A stretch of 53,818 bases of DNA, taken from positions 1 to 53,818 of the forward strand of contig CAKJYB010000022.1 in NCBI GenBank assembly GCA_918241715.1. The letters run 5' to 3'. Origin of the DNA: Clostridiales bacterium (GTDB taxonomy: Bacteria > Bacillota > Clostridia > Christensenellales > UBA1242). A model generated the notes under the pieces. The model had not been told where the DNA came from and made no database searches. It saw only the letters and a program-made list of their open reading frames with translations. Numbering within the stretch: the first letter of the stretch is position 1; every line of letters begins with the position of its first letter. Shown here piece by piece: positions 51,701-53,818 of this stretch. The position numbers and the translations under genes are program-made.

Positions 51701-53692
51701 TACATAATAATAGCCCTCTTCGTCAAAGTCGTATCTGTTTTCGTCAACAACTTGTTCGTCAACTTCAAGACCTGTTGTGTCAATGTCTGTTGAGCCAGAA
51801 TCGTATGTAGCCTTGTCAATCTTGTATGCAAGAACTCTGTAAGACCCAACATTTTCGTCTTCCGTCCATGTGCAGAACATGTCTGTATTTTGTCTTGCAA
51901 CCATTTCAGGAACATCAAGTTCTGTCAAGGTCTTTTCAAAAGAAGAGTTTATTGTTGTGCTGTCGTTGTTTGTTTTTGCAACAATTTTTGTTGTTATCAC
52001 TCCGTCTTGCATGTATGTTCTCAAAACATCTTCAATCTTTCCCGTAAGTTCAATAACAACATTGTTTTCACCAACTGATACGCTGTAATATGTTTGTGCA
52101 AGTTTTCTATATTCTTCTCCGTCCAAAACATACATTTCATATTTTGTGGCATTTTCAATCTTTGCAAGAGTAAATGTTGACTTGTCGTTTGCGTAAGCGT
52201 GCATCACGTTTACAATATGAGCAAGTTTGTTTACTTGAATTTCATCTGTAGCATCAGAGTTGATTGCAAAAACAACATCATCTCCAGAAGTATAACTTTC
52301 ATTGTTTGGAATGTGTCTTCCTGATATTGTGTAAACGCCAACTTGAGAAAGTTCCAATGTGAGATTCTTTCTTGTAACACCAGAAGAGAATCCTTCTTTT
52401 CTTACACTTGTTCCAGAAACGTCCATGATTATACTTGTTTCGTATGGAGTTGTGCTTCTTGCAACAAATCCCCACGTGTTGGAGTTTTCTTCGTTGTTGT
52501 TTGCTCCGGTGATTGTCATTGGAGCAAGTTTGTAAAGATTTTCTACCTTTGCAGAACTGCTCTTGAAATAATATCCTTCAATAGGGTGAGCAATTATTTC
52601 TACGCTAAAGAGCCCTGCATCAATTCCATCAAACGTAAGTTCTATATCTTCGGCTTCAGTTGTCAACGTTCTTGTTTCAACGTTTTCATTTGCTGAAATT
52701 TTGATTTCATAATTTAATATATGTTCTTCATTTCTAAAGCAAACTCTTCCACCAAGATCTTCGTCAAAAGAATATTCTGCCGTCGGTGCAGAAAGTTTTA
52801 AAACTTGCACTTCTTCACTTCTTGTTGGAAGTTTTTCTCCAGCCAAATCATAGCAAACAACTTCAATTGCGTGTGACCCACCTTCAGCGTTTGTCATATA
52901 TTCTGCAATATTTGCAGTTGTTGCTGAAAGGAAATCTCCAAGGACTACTCCGTCCAAAGAAACTTTGTATCTTGCATTTTCAACTCCTTCCCATGTCAAC
53001 GTTCCGTCGTTTGTCCACTCTATATCTTCAGCAAGGATTTGTGGCATTGCGCCATAGTAGAATGTGATTTCTTCTGATTGTTCACTTGAATCAAAGTATC
53101 CTTTTCCAACAGCAGAAACTTTGAGTTTGTAAATTCCAAATTCTGTTGGAACATATTTGTTTGTAGAAACCGTTGTGTCTATTTCTCTTTCTCCGGTAGG
53201 CTCTCCATCTCTGGAAGAAACAAGGGTGAGATTTCCAAAAACTTTGTATTGTGAAGCAATTGTTGGTGCTTCGTCATCTTGATAGAAATCAGAAACAACA
53301 TTCCATGTAAACTCTCCATTTTCTGAAAGGAGTTTTCCGTTTTCGTCAACGTTAAATCCTGTAGGAACGGAGAATGTGTCTTTTACGACAATATGTAATT
53401 TTGCCAAAACGTTTGAGCTGTATGTTGCATAAAGATATGTTGCGCCTTTGTTTTCTGCTCTGACAACGTTTCCTTCAACAGAAACAATTGTCTTGTCTTC
53501 ACTCTTGACAACAACATTTTTTATATTTCCACTGACCTTGAGATAGTCTTTCAAATTTATCGTTTCACCAACAGATAAAAGTTCTTCACTTGTGGTGAAG
53601 TCGGCTTTTGGACTTCTGCCAGAGCAGGCAACAAGTGTTGTTCCCAGCACAATGAGCAGAAGAGACATAATCATTAAACGAAACTTTTTCAT
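42779..53692 (-). CDS. Giant (3,637 aa) surface lipoprotein: lipobox signal, Big_2-like domain, long FN3/Ig-like module array, C-terminal GLUG-type beta-helix
   Basis: An uninterrupted 10.9-kb frame with AGGAG SD 6 nt upstream of the ATG at 53692. MKKFRLMIMSLLLIVLGTTLVACSG has lipobox LVAC. Module signatures are listed in the sub-features and findings. No C-terminal TM and no LPXTG. Confidence 0.9.
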   Translation of the reverse strand: MKKFRLMIMSLLLIVLGTTLVACSGRSPKADFTTSEELLSVGETINLKDYLKVSGNIKNVVVKSEDKTIVSVEGNVVRAENKGATYLYATYSSNVLAKLHIVVKDTFSVPTGFNVDENGKLLSENGEFTWNVVSDFYQDDEAPTIASQYKVFGNLTLVSSRDGEPTGEREIDTTVSTNKYVPTEFGIYKLKVSAVGKGYFDSSEQSEEITFYYGAMPQILAEDIEWTNDGTLTWEGVENARYKVSLDGVVLGDFLSATTANIAEYMTNAEGGSHAIEVVCYDLAGEKLPTRSEEVQVLKLSAPTAEYSFDEDLGGRVCFRNEEHILNYEIKISANENVETRTLTTEAEDIELTFDGIDAGLFSVEIIAHPIEGYYFKSSSAKVENLYKLAPMTITGANNNEENSNTWGFVARSTTPYETSIIMDVSGTSVRKEGFSSGVTRKNLTLELSQVGVYTISGRHIPNNESYTSGDDVVFAINSDATDEIQVNKLAHIVNVMHAYANDKSTFTLAKIENATKYEMYVLDGEEYRKLAQTYYSVSVGENNVVIELTGKIEDVLRTYMQDGVITTKIVAKTNNDSTTINSSFEKTLTELDVPEMVARQNTDMFCTWTEDENVGSYRVLAYKIDKATYDSGSTDIDTTGLEVDEQVVDENRYDFDEEGYYYVEVYALSGNENVYISATQALKALVCVAVQLEVGQVKFGYDAVEEKYYLEVENTENVDSFEIAIDTFRITNSVVAGQTSKYTLTQTFMDTSKTYVVAITAHSNDGDLYLDSDDYNLTIKKLPQITKADVSIDDWTFVVDRYYNVDTSNTEQKLHIEAVENAKGVKLWETADENNCAGSASARTASFDLTGYSTIDLSFKYYGSTKTGEYFGIEDHKIFLDSEVSNLTFTRLGTLSNFEYEDGKLIVENAESVRTSGYTINVLCRNSNNVVENIKVVLTEDVVAIYEDTEETLSDTNDFVETISGVATIDIDGIVNLLKNAENSEINHAYNNAVDYGFAIYSMPNTNVDKLVSQYATLKADASKKVAKVEKMSSPEIEYQLSGANIIFNWEEVATSTAAAAHTTYQMYVNGEEYGGPISGATTASYSLSEFDLSTYYSFYVVAENPYYMDSNNSNTIRIYKLDSINKIKMISGGEFDGKLEYQIKAEEQGFVDYVLVGANDHNTTGKIDVSGNGTISLKVVGKKGLTSGDMTTSYLDSETKNWTLTNMSTLAPASVVVSYASNILSWDEFAEGVGLSKLKYAVMFNDGENVAVYTTTEHSLNFSTNTQLYTTISALKEGNIDIVVYAFLETYEVVAGGNVYYALAQQLENGNTEANYFEYNSPLTIKKLTTPVISSLAFDDENDLSKANEPDIVVKFTGNYDNNGKFRILLNNDVLATTNITKADGVYTYTITSDVYNNKIAFGAQATIKIFALSETDIPSSMGSVNVVRAAKITSVEFEAVDRKYTQKIVVGIDESHTDLIDGGLVAKITYTKAGETEVITEYLAIPVADITNRVEYSLADFIATNLSDGGKIKVAITTKSSADDSNKVYHLACAEYMESAEYNVLSSVKVANITNTSAGFEIDEDLNRTSTMYVVEYLSSVYEVSYRDDKFFFEFDTSWENGSYDLKLYATERNYVQSVPNTINFVLDRIDPVTSVSISRDTTDLSEVTLQWTQIASASGYVLKMYDEDDRVIFRTQLTGNSHTTLDIFGKNFSKVVAYGEISSIPNDLDVRIGISAIGQNANANNSTEYVFNATIKGNRNSVEDVAVNEYGIVTIDVVAGTKYLYRFVNGSQEAITCSPWTIVEAETNQLKIDASFLGAELNVGAKVNLEILVLGNISGSSTSSDFILDSAVFTTADKMFKFEMGVAIESVGIDLGITDGLALTIRKDGFDTIFFGVSEDALKNGQVSEIEVQHVRDVDVQAVYRISGQKLLDILSTEYGDTPYGNVTLYFWAYQEPLSEETNYITNSSVSYQFTYVESCGYDKVEKYEQTPGSDFKTDYATAHIFLDKPSGTYFFTGVFVRVINEEDEVVTTYVTDLTSDYYQGANSYIINLTKLFEQTELLKEQFGHFRVDIATLQITSLGQIRISNWLSATDDYLEFDRVENIRRLNLSSGQLSWTHSSQTDDKYYVYFVEELVDGEMGDDFTRFEVEDERFTATDFVGQNKAYYIAIQAVNEDPNVLPSALVYVSEDGEPVKVTKNMIKSPLVLQNGKFYFEWESNGDFIQKLSAVEDITAPKAREFVAKTYNYPFTFTIADLVQDKIKIRFKFTQEEGSTTTIKSVEVNAKDLVSNIFDIDPTLEDKIDILISKIGETQIVSNLTKFKELMKNGNHGVASVGKIFDDYFEAIQLGRYSLEYCMVGGNKTLNSYWYQFSNTNGENVVYVGQEPSVRPVRETTSSMAVNHYKIILRKSYLYDDTYAQQTTEDYVLKVYNDVGTSMIFTIQKLVNTYSLRMLDSENVNSVSVYETDENGNIQVDGNYLMFYINHHNNDSLLGVYGDEITKGSYSMELYAVGNDITASSKSEYFKLTLYGMGENFGIENGIFTWTTQANKNTTVVYKRNDSLTEQVEVLDGSLRSLSFNIENGGSGMYDYIQFITIGEINGNAIGVDSEIYRIEDVYKLVMPVVQNNKGYLSINDSANREKLLDGFSSSPLFTYRVYNDVSTSNSYMSITDTHQASKPVLYETGVNDLDEHDADYGYRETENNAAKFYVSSIGSTAEFGFFQEGADYYIKTIYGMEDGVKSLKRMIVSSEYKETNARMMDMADGIGITNGMLSWNAVEGRTEQEGSDLILNPDVDVVYRVAVAKYKVSNTSIGQTETILDSIQYFYTTKLLFDFSNVAESASDADVKYLKASVKAFAMKVGAEIPEGLSEDDCLPLVEGGYAFGNVQYKETNTYVLMSEANSLNEIERTQKVENARVSNGKLVWEFVVDGQADIDYDLLQEYQFAVVDEALEEVEGECVVSNDTEYVRDGDNNIVGTKFFITFNENFGQISEGAQTLTIYATRLDDTKHIIRSYGAEVEITKLKTITEEDFAITSTTNSSIEILDISAYFARYQDINLTIETNLEDRTGLEVEDIIFTRTKTLLYILSGDVETLPTGSNIAGIITITDGSQQVIMKAITTASGHLYSDQTEDIVLQRAQWDGLIAWDPNIQQFEWEYDGKYSIQSSVEAVEVEVDGSSYTEIGDATLSAGTLYTIVEEIGSEVVIEADVKVEEVETTKLYRIAKTDAIGPTYIVEVKYKDAGITRTYTTLQNHFKPTLIDTQVELRLRIKLGPTNIQSAETRFYIENVPGEKIYSVEFNLFENLNNQAGGNLVSDGTENKPYYIKTKQQFMNLSMRMKKDIDWTEYVENGSQITEESVFYFKLIDDITLDNFSGMLFGNEFGGVIDGRYANNTGNYKITYTAIDIGNLSSEIIIDRHLSSTTDRFAKGIALFEKLADGAVIKNIDLDITYNKESGTISKNSLFAGLAITNNGQIDNVNLVNFSTNLQGNIAGGEIDMLYAGLVSINIGGSAVITNCHNTADMIVNTYGNSQRNCIAGIVSVNYARVENCVIGTSGVSTTFKVLGEDKTVEIKVSGVATINMENSTIRNCQNYTLMTAQAIDGDDWLAYFAGIVAHNDGTLDNTNHNYNYVEQTTAGTGVGIIRQGEIYVAAE
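42782..43815 (-). other. C-terminal GLUG-type / right-handed beta-helix-like domain of the 3,637-aa protein
   Basis: GTENKPYYIKTKQQFMNLSMRM...FKLIDDITLDNFSGMLFGNEFGGVIDGRYANNTGNYKITY..., then periodic turns FAGLAITNNGQIDNVNLVNF, LYAGLVSINIGGSAVITNCHN, IAGIVSVNYARVENC and FAGIVAHNDGTLDN. Confidence 0.6.
53405..53605 (-). other. Big_2-like (bacterial Ig-like group 2) domain
   Basis: LLSVGETINLKDYLKVSGNIKNVVVKSEDKTIVSVEGNVVRAENKGATYLYATY fits the Big_2 pattern (L.vG.t..L......n..v.w.Ssd..iatV...G.v.a...G.a.i.a). Confidence 0.6.
53624..53692 (-). other. Lipoprotein signal peptide (Cys23 lipidation site)
   Basis: MKKFRLMIMSLLLIVLGTTLVA|CSGRS: basic n-region, hydrophobic core and L-V-A-C lipobox. 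Confidence 0.8.
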
Positions 53693-53742
53693 AACAACTC
53701 CTAAAACGTTTTGGAAAATATGTCCATCTTATAGTCAAAATT

Positions 53743-53772
53743 ATTTTATCACTTAACACATCTTTTTATCAA
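53743..53772 (-). promoter_or_regulatory. Candidate promoter of the 10.9-kb gene (-35 TTGATA, 18 nt, extended -10 TGATAAAAT)
   Basis: Reverse complement of 53743-53772 is TTGATA-N18(ending TGA)-TAAAAT. It would give a leader of about 45 nt with AGGAG. Confidence 0.4.
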
Positions 53773-53818
53773 ATAAAAACAAATAAAAAACAAAAAATTA
53801 TTTATTATATAAATAAAT

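Noticed and set aside
1-53818. CRISPR arrays, tRNA/rRNA genes, transposases/integrases, prophage or defence-system hallmarks, riboswitches and T-boxes.
   Set aside because: There are no regularly spaced direct repeats and no cloverleaf-sized conserved segments in the few intergenic regions longer than 100 nt (32231-32456, 38833-38939, 53693-53818). I recognised no recombinase-like ORFs. All remaining intergenic gaps are too short for structured leaders.

Overview
AT-rich (low-GC by eye, not computed) chromosomal segment of a Bacillota/Firmicutes-type bacterium using the standard genetic code. I call 28 protein-coding genes, 23 of them on the minus strand. I saw no rRNA, tRNA, CRISPR array, transposase or integrase. 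The backbone is ordinary housekeeping synteny: dus, HU, a MurJ/YabM-like flippase, rplI, tatD-rsmA, spmAB, holB-ricT-yabB-like methyltransferase, a Ca-type P-type ATPase, uppP, trpS, gltX, dnaB and typA. Two giant minus-strand ORFs are embedded in it and together fill about 54% of the window. One is an 18,033-nt gene (14171-32203, ~6,010 aa). It has a Sec-type N-terminus, GLUG-type beta-helix modules, long arrays of Listeria-Bacteroides (Flg_new)-like and MBG (YDG...NY)-like modules, and a C-terminal transmembrane tail anchor instead of LPXTG. The other is a 10,914-nt gene (42779-53692, 3,637 aa). It has a lipoprotein signal peptide, a Big_2-like domain, a long run of FN3/Ig-like modules and a C-terminal GLUG-type beta-helix, and it is followed 29 nt later by a small tail-anchored protein gene. 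A second recurring signal is regulatory: at least five transcription units (dus, tatD-rsmA, holB-ricT-methyltransferase, small membrane protein-dnaB, and a Lys/Glu-rich orphan) have a near-consensus sigA-type promoter whose -10 box ends exactly 6 nt before the ATG, with no Shine-Dalgarno. This suggests leaderless mRNAs alongside classical AAGGAG-led genes. Other points of interest are an ankyrin-repeat protein, a histone-H1-like Lys-rich/acidic-tail orphan, two membrane-tethered helical orphans inside a dnaB-gltX-trpS gene string, and TA-only palindromes upstream of several promoters. All family assignments come from motif recognition by eye; no database search was run.
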